From NCBI RefSeq assembly GCF_018350175.1, contig NC_058368.1, positions 199,704,001 to 199,768,000 of the forward strand: a stretch of DNA of 64,000 nucleotides. Direction: 5' to 3'. Of this stretch, positions 52,710-64,000 are shown one piece after another. Origin of the DNA: Felis catus. Lineage: Eukaryota. The notes beneath the pieces are model-generated. The model saw only the letters and a program-made list of their open reading frames with translations. It was not told where the DNA came from and searched no databases. Made by a program: the position numbers and the translations under genes. Position 1 is the stretch's first letter. Each line of letters opens with the position of its first letter.

Positions 52710-52799
52710 CGTGACTGTGTTTTCTTCGATCACATATATCTGAGGGTTATAGGTGTTTATTTCTGCAGATGCGGTCAGCTGTACTGTCTGGAAAGTTGA
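52710..52799 (-). CDS. ITGA2: ITGA2 exon (calf-2 region)
   Basis: 90 nt encoding STFQTVQLTASAEINTYNPQIYVIEENTVT; ttccag| acceptor and |gtgagt donor. Confidence 0.94.
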
Positions 52800-55700
52800 C
52801 TGGAACATAGAAATAAAAAACATGTTTTATCTTAGCAGAAATGAACGCATGAAATTGGTGTGTTTATTATTTATTTCCTTGAGGGAAAGGACAAGAGCAA
52901 ATGGCAGCTCTGAAGACTCCAGAATCTTGGTGTTCTTGAGTTGGTGATCTGTGGAGGACCACACATGAGAAGGACCTGGGAGACTAAACACGTGGGGTGG
53001 GCGGGCCCTGCCACAATCGCAAATTAAACCTGAGCGGGAAGGGGGGTGCGGGCGTTGGGGATGAAGTCCAGGCATTGTAGGTTAAAAAGAGCTCCCCAGG
53101 TCTAACTTGAAAACAGTTAAAAAAAAAAAAAACCCAAAAAACAAAGGTTTAGAAATGAAGCTTTTAATTGGGAAAGATCACAGTTCAGATTTTTTAAAAC
53201 TTTATGAAGTTTTTCAACATGAGGGAAAGTTGCAAGCTTGATGTTTTTATAGATTTACCTAAGTCAAATAATGGAATGGAAAATCAAATTAAAAACAGTA
53301 GAAGTACACTTAGACTTGACCATGCATGTCAGCAGCAGACACCCTGAACCTTTTGTCAAGCTACATAATGAGTAATTTCAGGTTTCCTAATCTAAGTGTT
53401 TCTATAAAAAAAAAAATACTGTATTTGGTGCAGATATATACGAAGGACACAGATTTTATGCTGTTACTAGTAACCACTTAACTTGAAATAGCTTTTACAT
53501 GTATTCCTGGATCTAGTTACAAGAAAATTCTTTTTCAATGGATACATTATTGACGTGTATTTTGTTTTTTTCTGTAATGCAATTCTCGGGACTGATGCTT
53601 GCTTGAAATAGCATACAATGCCCAGATTGGAGAACTGCCTTCATATGCTCTGGCTACTAGGATTCAGTTTTTTCTGGTTACCAAGACACATATTTCAACA
53701 TACCACATGAGGTAATTTGCTAAATTATATCTGGGAGCCAAAAAACGAATGCATATCCAAAAAGTGAGCGATTTATTTCCTCTCCCCCCCCCCCCCCGCC
53801 GACTCCGACCCCCAGTCTCTGATTAGTCTTAATTTTCTCAAGATGGAAGATTGCATCAGAAGTTACCCTGATCATTTGTATCTTATTTGTATCTTAAATA
53901 TATTATTGGGGGAAACATTTAGAGTATTGACAATTGTTTCCTTAAAAAAAAAAAAGCAGTTAGGTGATGCTGGTTTCACAGTCCCTGTAGACTAAAAAGA
54001 ATTTCTTTACACTGACCTACCTGCCCTCCCAAACCTGGCCCTTTGCGCAACTGTGCACATGATATCCTGCAGGGTTAACAAGCAGTGGTAGTTACACCAT
54101 GCATACCTGAGAGAATGAAGTAACACACCAGCTGGCATTCAACAAGGCTTTGCCTTAGAGATGGCAGCCAACAATGCCATTGGAAGCCTGAGCAATCACT
54201 TTGTGAGGAAATTACTTGCAATGTTCACTTGCACTGCATCAGAAAAAGGGTGAAAGGCAGTATGTTAATGGGCTCTACTACAGGAAATGAGGTTCATATT
54301 TCAGACTGGATCTCCTAGGTGGTCTGAGAACATCCATTTGGCTGTTGAAATAGCCAGAAACAAGGTGAGAATAAACATTTGACCTTTCGTCAAAGAGGAA
54401 GATGTGTAGGGTGTGACAGACAATAACTCTCATGGGAGTTTTCCATCTTAACCATAACCACGTCGAAAAAGCGTAAATACATTTCTTCAGAAATTTGCTC
54501 CCAGAAATGAAATTGCTGCTCTTGAAAACTTTCGGGAAGGTGCTTTAAACAGTCTTACCGTTAAAATAATACAGTTTTACACAAACTCAAAAACCCCAAA
54601 TGCTTTTTACAGAGCCGGCACAAATGCATTTTGATGCACAGCAGTTTTCCTTGCCTGCTGGCAAAGGTTGCCGGGAAAACATTCCTTCCTCAGCTCCAAG
54701 GAGATAAGAACCAATTGGTGAAATGTGGCACCGAACTGCATCATCTGGGATGGTAGCTCACTGCATGCTTCCCATCTTACAGGATTTGGAGGTATCTGCA
54801 AGCCTTGCAAGTAAATGTAACTAACAAAAGCCAGCAAGAAGAAAACCGAGCTCCTCCTCCACATGCCTACTTCCCTTTTCCCCTCCCTGCCTTTCACTGT
54901 TCCTCTTTCTGTTACGTCTTTATCCAAGAATATTGCTTATATTGTGGTTCCATGGACGAATTCAAAGGGAACTTAGTCTTCTAATCTTAAACAAGACTCC
55001 ACAGCAGGGAATGGGATTCTTGCAGAGATCAAGAAGCGATTAGAAAACGGGGAATAGAGTTTGGTTGGTAAGCACCTCGAGGACTGATTATTTGTTTTTA
55101 AAAAAATCCAGAAGAGCCATGAAGACCCCTGGCGCAGGGTGTTTCAGACTAATTTTTTGCTGCCTCGATCAGAGCCAATGTTGCTAAAATGAATAGCTAT
55201 CTACTTACGCAGTCTGCTTTAAGAAGCCCTGTCTATCCCTGTATTTGTCATACCAGGCTGAGATTCTGGGCTACTGAAATCTCTGTATCACTGTAACTGA
55301 AATCACTACCACAGAGTCATACCTGGGAAATGGCAGGAAACCTTGACATTGTTTTGACACCTTCTTTAAACTTTTCATGAGACAAATGATTGAAAAAGCT
55401 GTGTGTACACTGGGGTTTGACCAAAGAAAGGGTAAAACAGGAGAGCAGAGTAGTCCCATGGCTCTAACATAGGAAGATGGATCCTGATGTTGGATTCATC
55501 TGTGTGGTGGGTTGAGATCAATTAGCTGGGAGCTCAAGGAAGGAGACAGACATAGGCACTTTGATTTGGGCATGGTACAGGTGACTAGGGAGAAATATCA
55601 AGAGCATGAGGATGAAGACAAAGCAGGTGGCTCATTGTACCCCAAGACAGCACAGGGGATCCTGACGACATGTCAGAGACTGATGTCGTGGGTTGGCATG

Positions 55701-55939
55701 GAGTCCATGAAGCTGATGCTTTACAAGCACCCCAGATGATTCTGAGGCGCAGCCAGGTTGGGCAAGCTTTGGAAAGGCATGGAAGCATGTTGGCTCCCAG
55801 GATATAATTGCTTGGAGTCATTTGGGCACTGCTGATATTAGCCAGAATACTACTTTTGTCAAAGGGTATGAATTTATTGACAGTGAACCCTTCTGCTCCC
55901 TTGCTATGGATAAACCCAACAAATAAAGCTTATACTTAC

Positions 55940-56053
55940 TGCCGCAAAAGTCCCATTCCAAATTCTGGTAGACACATTAAGGAAGTACTCTCCTTTGACC
56001 TGAAGGTCTTTCAGCCAGCAGGTAACATTGCTACACGTAGCACTTCTACAGTT
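55940..56053 (-). CDS. ITGA2: ITGA2 exon
   Basis: 114 nt encoding NCRSATCSNVTCWLKDLQVKGEYFLNVSTRIWNGTFAA; aag| acceptor and |gtaagt donor. Confidence 0.94.
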
Positions 56054-56467
56054 CTTTCAGGTTGAAGTCAATGGTAAAAGGAGAGAGTTAGTATGGACTT
56101 TAAAGAGTAAATGCTAAAATTTTAAAGACAGATAAAACCCAGTGCTGGGCAGGATCTAGGGAAACAGACAACCTCATGAACTGTTAGTAGTCATAACCCT
56201 TCTTCAGGAGACTGTGTCGCTTTGCTTCAAAAGGTAAAAGGTGCACTCTCTGCCTGGCCATTTCCCATCTGCATGGAAGGCCTCAGGAGATAAGAAATGT
56301 GTGGAGAAGAGTACATCGAGCCTGTTTATTGCGTCACTACTTCTGAGAGTAAACACACCCCCCAAAATGAAATAATTGTGTTTATCCACAACATACTAGG
56401 TAAGTAAGTTATCGAATATACATGCACAAAATGCAGTGCAATTTAGTCATTAAACATAATTGATAAA

Positions 56468-56625
56468 GGGATGCCTGGGTGGCTCGGTAGGTTGAGCCTC
56501 TGACTCTTGATTTCAGCTCAGGTCATGATCCCAGGGTTGTGGGACTGAGCGTGGAGCCTGCTTATGACGGAGTCTCTCTTCCACCTGTCCCCCTCCCTCT
56601 GTCCCCTGCTCATGCTCTAACAAAA
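56468..56625 (+). mobile_element. Can-SINE (internally deleted)
   Basis: gggatgcctgggtggctc head; imperfect TSD aaacata(a/g)ttga. Confidence 0.85.
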
Positions 56626-56639
56626 ACATAGTTGACAGT

Positions 56640-56980
56640 GAAACAATCGGTGGTTGCCAAGGGTTAGGGAGGGATGACTACATGGGATGCAGAGGAGTTT
56701 TAAGGCATTGAAACTATTCTGTTAGGATACTATAATTGTGGAAACAGGTCATTATTCATTTGTGAAAATCCATAGAATATCTGACATCACGAGTAAATCC
56801 TAATGTAAACTATGGACTTTGGATGATTATGATGTCACTGTAGGTTCATCAAATGTACCGCTCTGATGTGGGAGGGGATTTGGACAGTGGGGGCAGAAAG
56901 TAGTTGGGAAATTCTGTACTTTCCGCTCAGTTTTGCCATGAACCTCAAACTGCTCTAAAAAGTAAAGTCTATTAAAAATG
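56640..56980 (+). mobile_element. Old L1MC-like 3' end
   Basis: gtggttgccaaggg...aaatcctaatgtaaactatggacttt...gaacctcaaactgctctaaaaagtaaagtctatt. Confidence 0.7.
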
Positions 56981-57973
56981 TTCAGTGACCGAATGACCTA
57001 TAAAAAAAGGTAGCATGGTCGATTTATGTAACAGTGTACATGTATCTTGGTATGGATGAATACTTAGAGATATAGAGAAGGATATGCATTAGATACTGAG
57101 TGGCCAGCTGTTAAGTTTCTAGAGGACTTTAGTTTCTTTGTAGTGTTTTTGTGCTGTTAGTTTTAGGTTGTTCACAGTGATCAGTTACCCCTTTTACAAA
57201 AATCAAAGCATTTTCACAAAAATAAGGAAAATGCTCAAAGGTACAATATTTTGGCATACTCTGAGATGATTTCTCCTGGACATTTTTACATACTACTGTT
57301 TAGATATGTCATATTTACACTGTAATTCTATAGTTACTTAAAAAAAACACTTCATTCTCCTATTTTCCTGTAACCCCCCCCCCCGCCCCCGTCCCATTCA
57401 TCACAAAACCAGTGCAATAAAAGAAAACCAGAATTTCCGTGTTGTTCTTAGAGGAGAACTATGGTTTGTTTAGGGTTACTGTTTGCTAAACATTTACTAT
57501 TTGAGTACTAGACTAGCCTCTTTCTCAAAGAAAGGGGCATAGCTCTGGAGCAGGAGATAATGAAATATTGGAAAACAGAGAAGGCGGCTAGAGAGGCGTT
57601 TTAAGCAGCTAAATAAGATATCAGTGATGATGTGGAAGGGAGATGTAAGGAGCTTCACCTTCAAAGCACACACATGCTGCCCTCACAGCTCTTTGCAATG
57701 CTTACAAAGTGCCTGGTGCAAAACAGTAGTTTCACATGGAATCTTTTGGATTTCATGAAATATGGAACATGTATTTTTTACCACCGGCATAAGTAATAGT
57801 CCCAATAACCTGGATTTGAGAGTGTATTTTCTAAGTCTTGATTCATACAGTCCATCAAAGCCAAAATGAGAAAGTTCTACCATAAGAGATGGTAGGAGAA
57901 AAGAAGTGCATTGATTTCCAGGTAAAACAATAAATCACCCAAGGAAACTTTCACCCCGTTAACCTGTCCTCAC

Positions 57974-58078
57974 CAATTCTTTTATGTGTCGGAAATTTTC
58001 ATTCTTGAAAGATACAGAAGAAGCTGTGTGTCCTATTTTCAGTGGATTTATTTCAGCATTACAACTGATGTCACCAGC
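57974..58078 (-). CDS. ITGA2: ITGA2 exon
   Basis: 105 nt encoding AGDISCNAEINPLKIGHTASSVSFKNENFRHIKEL; ttgcag| acceptor and |gtgagg donor. Confidence 0.94.
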
Positions 58079-59037
58079 CTGCAAAGAAGGACATCAAATC
58101 AGTCTCAGGAAGCAAAGTCATCTGTGATGTTCCTTTTAACATGTTAGGAAATCCTGTGGTCACATGTCTGGGCGGGGGAGGGATCATTAGGTTGCTTTCA
58201 CATCACTGACCTGGCCACACTTCTTGTGTGGCCAACATAAACTTGGAAGTATTCAAATCCTCCTGGCTCCACTTGGTGGGGCAGCACGGGTGCTTACCTG
58301 GTACGTACTAAGACCATTTGCAGTACCAGTAGGTTGTGAGTGATTTGATTCAGGGTTCTTTCCTGTGCCCCATTTTAAGATTTCGATTTCTGGTAGTTAC
58401 CTATGCGCACCACAGGAATAACACTACTGTAGAACCAGCTCTAAGTGCCAGACTAAGGCTGAGCCAGTGTCCGGGGATTTGGCTACACAGTGCTTCTGAA
58501 CCCAGGCTGCATGTTAGAACCACTTGGAAGTGGGGGCTTTTATGGAATCTCTGGTGCTGGAGTCTTAGCCCTGGAGATTCTGATTTAATTGCCTGGGGGT
58601 AAGCCTGGGCCTGGGCATGAGGCCCAGCTGATAAAAATGAGGAACAGGGTTGATCACTACCAGGTGGAAGGCCAGGCCAGCGTCTTAAAGACTAGCTACT
58701 AACTGCAGCTGTGTAGACCAATTGTTCTCCCGTGGTGGGTTCGACCTCATACTTGTCAGTGAACTAACTACTCAATGGACAGGGCTCTGACAAAGTCAGA
58801 TCTTCACCTGGCCAAAACAAGGCTTTAGGAATAATTTCTACCATCTGTAATTGTTTCCTTATAACAGTATCCTGCTTCTGATAGGACACTGACTGCTAGT
58901 TTCCTGGCACTCAGGATGCAGAACCTTTATCTTCTCAAGTTTTCCATCCATAAGATCTGAGACATGATCACCCCAACCTCATGGGGCATTTCCATGTTGA
59001 AAGTGCACAATTTTATAGGCAATTCAGTTGCCCTTAC

Positions 59038-59148
59038 CTGATCTGTGTGCACCCCAGTCACATACATCAACGGGTTCTTTTCTTTGGTGTATTGAGGGAT
59101 GTGGATGATCACGGATGCCATGCTGACTGGAACACTTCCTGTTGTTAC
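59038..59148 (-). CDS. ITGA2: ITGA2 exon
   Basis: 111 nt encoding VTTGSVPVSMASVIIHIPQYTKEKNPLMYVTGVHTDQ (partly visible in ORF 58927..59121); atag| acceptor and |gtaagg donor. Confidence 0.94.
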
Positions 59149-60278
59149 CTATGTAATATGGAAGAAAACATTCTGGTTACTGCTAGATCATGCACATGTT
59201 GCAAAGAAAGTGATCAATAACCTCTGTGTTGATGGAGGGCAACTATTAAATGGGAAGACTGAGGCCATTTGAAAGTGAGCCTTGTTACTTTGCAGTCACA
59301 CTCGGGTCTGTGTGTCTCACTCTCAGTGGAGAATCTCAGCCTCTACAGTTTGAACTCGTAAGTTGTGACTTAGGAGTCTGTTAAAAACACCTGCTGTCTG
59401 TTGAGCTGGGCTACCAGGGCTGAAGTCCCATTTGGCCCCTGACTGGCAGTATGGCTTGGGCAAGATACTTAACCTGTGTATCCTTCCATTTTCCTCATTG
59501 GTAAAATAAAAATAGCAGCTTAGTATGTGCAGACAGCAGTTGTTCGCATGAGTGGGGAGTCTGTTCTAATTGGCCAGAGATCATGTCCTACTGGTTGTTA
59601 AACATTTTAAACAACAACCATAGAAATAATAGTTCTACCAATGTTATAACTAGCCTGCAAAACAGGTTAACATATGTAAAGCACTTGGTACAAATGCTGA
59701 TACTTTTTAACCTCTATGAATGTTATTTTATTGTTACTACTGATTGATTAAATATCCCATTAAAGAAGTAGTTGCCAAATACTAGCCACATGACACAAAT
59801 TCCAGTATCTGGATCACAAATCGGGACTTCTAAAGATTTTTTTTTTTTTAATCACCAAATCTTAAGGTTGTAACCATGTAACTAACTAGCAGGAAATGTA
59901 AAAACAAAATGGTATTCATTTAAGGTCGTGGATGAATTCTTTTTACATTCCAATTTTTTTGTAATTTATTATAAAATAACAACTTTTTCAAATTTCCCTT
60001 TATGTAATTGATAACAATCTTTAATAATTGCTTACTAATAGCCAATGGAGACTGACTGAACGGAATTTGGATACAAATGGTTAGCTTCTCAAGTAGAAGT
60101 GGTCTCCAAGGATAAATTGGCATATTTATTGTATTCCAGAGACTTTTGACCACAGTAATAACATTATATTAATACATTGTTGATTAATAGTAAACATTTA
60201 CTTTCAAAATATATCCATTATCTTTTATCCAGAACACATAGCTATGTACAAAAGCCTCAGCTATTTATTAAGAGTCTT

Positions 60279-60460
60279 AGTGATTCTCAAAGTACAGCAC
60301 CTGGACCAGCAACATCAGCTATACCTGGAAACCTGTTAGAAATGTACATCTTTAGGCTCACCGTAGACCTACTGAGTCAGGAAGTCAGGATGGAGCCCAG
60401 TGATGTGTCTTAACATTCCCCCAGGTGATTCTAATGCAGCTCAAGTTTGAGAACCACTGG
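60279..60460. mobile_element. MER5A MITE
   Basis: agtgattctcaaagt ... agtttgagaaccactg inverted termini; agacctactgagtcag core. Confidence 0.8.
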
Positions 60461-60525
60461 TATATTTCAACATTTTACTTTCTTCTTCTCTTCCTGGCTT
60501 CTTTTTTCTTTCCCTTTCTCCTGAT

Positions 60526-60730
60526 TATTATTTTTTTTAATGTTTATTTTTGAGAGATAGAGACAGCATGAGCAGTGGAGGGGTACAGAGAGAGGGAGAC
60601 ACAGAAACCGAAGCAGGCTCCAGGCTGTCTGCGCAGAGCCTGATGTGGGGCTCTAACTCACTCATGAGATATGAGATCATGACCTGAGCTGAAGTCGGAT
60701 GCTCAATCGACTGAGCCACACAGGTGCCCC
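60526..60730 (-). mobile_element. Can-SINE starting ~34 nt downstream of an ITGA2 donor site
   Basis: Ends actgagccacacaggtgcccc at 60730; the exon boundary is at 60764. Confidence 0.92.
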
Positions 60731-60763
60731 ATGATTTAGTATTCTTTTGACAGGCTTACCAAC

Positions 60764-60866
60764 CTTAACAGAGAAGACGAACTTTGGACCAATATCTTCA
60801 AAACTGTGCACGACAGAAGGAACATTCCCATCCGAGGAGACTTCATAAAAATTTATGTTGGTGGAT
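60764..60866 (-). CDS. ITGA2: ITGA2 exon (most 5' ITGA2 exon found in the window)
   Basis: 103 nt encoding STNINFYEVSSDGNVPSVVHSFEDIGPKFVFSVK; caacag| acceptor and AAG|gttggt donor. I found no further upstream exon before 64000. Confidence 0.92.
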
Positions 60867-63800
60867 CTGTTGGATGATGTTTGTCAAGTCAAATATCTTA
60901 GTTTTGCTGTTGTTCTTGAAGCTTAATATTTCTTTTATTTAAATACCTTCTAGCTTATATTAAAAGTAAAAGTTTACATTAAGGTATGAAAGCTTGCTAT
61001 TTGTAGGCTTATGTTTCTCAGGCTAAAACAAATTCCTTTAAAAACCTATCGCTTCATGATCTTTCTGCAAGGCTCCTTGTGTTATATGTTTATCAGTTGT
61101 AAATTTCCTAAAATAAGTACAAATGTATTCCTTTAAAACTGACAGACCCCAAGGTTGCTATCATACTGACTGGTGTATTCATGCAGTACACACTTAGGCC
61201 TTGTTGACTGGATGAATGGATTTATAAGCCAGAGGATTTTCCACTTAGGTGGCTGAAATGCAGTGATAGGATTTTAGTTCCTGCAGTATTTGTTATTGGG
61301 TGCTTGTAAAACAGGGTGTACATTTTCTTTTATCATTCCTTCTCCCTATCCTTCTCTATTTCCAAACCAATTCTAATGCTTTTGGTCTGAGTTGAGGTTG
61401 GTCATGGTTTTCCATGACTAGTGTAGAAATCATCTTTCTGATGGCTGACCCAGAGGTTTTATTAGAGTAGGCCTAGAGGTATTAGATGACTTGACCTCTT
61501 TGCTTGGAATTGCCAACTAGGGTTTCCAAGTGAAGTGAGGACCAGATCAGAGGAATACCCACAGGACCACTCAAATTGCAACATAACTGGATACCCTTCC
61601 CTCTCCTCCTCACTCATTTCTGGCGCTGAAGCTGGATTCCAACCAGGATAGCTTCATTAGGACTGTGGGGAGTGGGAAACAGGCGTAGGAGTCTGAAAAG
61701 CAATAGTTCTTCCTACTATGCACAACATAACTGCATAACTGCATATTACCTAATTCTTGGATGTTGACTCTATTTCCTAAAAAAATTTGAATTGGATATT
61801 TTCTGAGATACTTTTTGGGTTTCTTTACTGAATTCTTGTCTTTATGTTTAAAAAATTTCCCCCCAAATTCTCAAAAGGAAAATATGTCATAGGTAGACTT
61901 AAATAGATGTGGCATCTGTCAAGGTTATGTAGATGAGAGGGAACGATTTTTCAGCCTTACATGGAAAATGGGAAAACTGACTAGAATTTGAAACAGAATG
62001 TCTGGCTGTATATGCATGATTTATTCTCTTTACCGTCCAGAAGACCTTTGTGTACCCCCCTAAGAACAGTCAGTTTCTAAATTAGTATGTTCTGTTTTTG
62101 CATTTTAAAGAGCTCTGACATTTTTCCATTTGTTACTTAAGTTTTCCTTAAGTTACTTAAGTGTGGATGATCAATGTATTTATAAGCAGTTAGCTATACT
62201 CAGGGGGCTTCTGTTTTAGAAATAATTCTATCATGATTTCCACCCATAATACTTGCACAACATAACTGCATATTTATCAAAGTGGTTGCTAAGGGATACA
62301 CTCAATGACTGGGTAGGATTTTTTCACAAAGTTTGCAAAGATGTTAATTTTGGTGTTTTTGTGTTTTTTTTTTTTTTTACAGCACTACTTGTGATGGTTA
62401 AACAAAATAAATATGCAAAACAACCAAATAGCTCATTAATCTTGAGTTGGATACATAGATCATGATCCAGCCAGGAATAGAATAAGTTAGATCTGTAGGT
62501 CCATATATATAAACTTCTCTAAGATCATATAAGAAAAAGTGAGATTAGGAAGGATTTTATTATTCCATTTGGGTAAATATGTGTGCATCCATGTTACATG
62601 AATATATCCTGGTAGATAAACAAACTTTGCATCTGGAAGGTATTCAGAAAATAGCTGAGTCATGTATGGGATGACCAGAGCCAGAGGAGGCTGGAGGCAT
62701 GACTTCACTTTATGGTATATCTTTTTGTAATGTTTGGATTTTCTATCCATGTACATTTAATGTCTTTCTTTAAAAACAAATCCAGAGGAATGATCTGGGT
62801 GGTAGGATTAGGAGCCATTTTAGTTTTTACACACCATAATTCCCCATATTAATTTTTTTCACCTTTCAGGTATATTTTAAAGGACATCAGACGGTCCAAT
62901 TTAAAATCCAATTTACCATCACAGAAATACAGAGCTAAGAGATTACTGAAAGTGAAGTCCCACTTTCATCTTGTATTTATTTCATGTTGGGAAAATTGTC
63001 TGGAAAAATTGGCCATGGTGTGAGAGTGGAATCATGTAAAGGTTGTATTGAGCTAAAACATATAGGATAAGAATCAATGTAGGTAGGGAGAGAAGAAATC
63101 AGGTAATGTGGTAATCTCAATCTCTCTGGATGCACTGGTCTTCCATCCTTTTATCAACAGTGCAGGTCCTTCTGGAATCTGCAGTTACGGATTAATTTTT
63201 CAGGGATGGATGACTGGGCTGGATCTGTTTTTGCTTTTGCTGTTTGCAGTTCACTTGATATAGGAGCATTCTTTCATCTTTGCTCATGTGTCTCTCACTC
63301 TAGACATAACGACACATTTTCCTTTTTGTTTCTGCTCGGTGATCTAGTGCATGATCTACGTGTTCCATGCTTCTGGGGGTTGGGGTGATGTGGCGAACTG
63401 GACAAGTCCGTCACTGAACACTGTTCACACCCTGGCTTCTTGGAAATACAGTGCAGTGCATTTTCCAGGCACCACTGAGCTGTGATAGGAAACTGCCTTC
63501 ATGCCTCACTAGGTAAAGAACTCTGGTTTCCAGCCTCGAAGGTGGGCATCACTTGCAGGTTGGGTACCTGCATGGCTCAGCTCTAGTGTGTCTGTGCCCG
63601 TGAACCTGCTTCACTTCTTGGTGGGGGTTAAGGTGATGCATCACCCTATTAGTACCTTTGGTATCCCACGTGTTAGCCACTTCTCAAGACACCTGTTGCC
63701 CTGAACAACTCATGATAGCTAGTACCAACTGGTATCATTTTGCCTCTGCTCCCAGGTACACTTGCTCTGGCCAGGCAAGATAAGGGAATAAAGCATTTCT

Positions 63801-64000
63801 TCATAGATGACCTCATTGGAAAATGCCTCGTTTCCTCTTGGTGGGAAGAAACCCATTATGTTAAGTCAGGAGTTTTCCACCCAGAAGCTAATTTTCTATG
63901 ATTCAATTTAATGTTTATGGTGGACCTACTATGTGCAGATCATTGTGCTTGGAGTTCTGGTGTTTAGGGGTGGGGATACCGCTTGAGACCTCATGTGGAT

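Noticed and set aside
62132..62163. Three clustered CTTAAG palindromes
   Set aside because: Short local AT-rich duplication with no other support.
1..64000. CRISPR arrays, operons or other prokaryotic systems
   Set aside because: The sequence is mammalian with spliceosomal introns, and no regularly spaced repeat-spacer array was seen.

Overview
Mammalian genomic DNA from a carnivore, probably a felid (inferred from Can-SINE/SINEC_Fc-type SINEs and carnivore-type L1s). Bases 1-22 kb are repeat-rich intergenic DNA with two good CTCF motifs. The complete MOCS2 gene lies on the + strand with a CpG-island promoter at ~22.1-22.8 kb and 7 exons. It encodes MOCS2A (88 aa, ending in PPISGG) and MOCS2B (189 or 192 aa) in overlapping reading frames. 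The last 7 exons of ITGA2 (transmembrane segment, GFFKR tail, ~3.8 kb 3'UTR) lie on the - strand, tail-to-tail with MOCS2. MOCS2 intron 3 holds an ~11.2 kb nest of three antisense L1 elements, each with readable target-site duplications (TSDs). I found no convincing previously undescribed system; the dual-frame MOCS2 architecture is known biology. The candidate new observations are lineage-level details: competing splice donors, small uORFs, abutting poly(A) signals, an internally deleted L1 with an in-frame ORF2 fusion, a short 3' transduction and a twin-primed L1. Gene identities come from my own translation and recollection of the human proteins, not from a database search. Repeat family names and boundaries are approximate.
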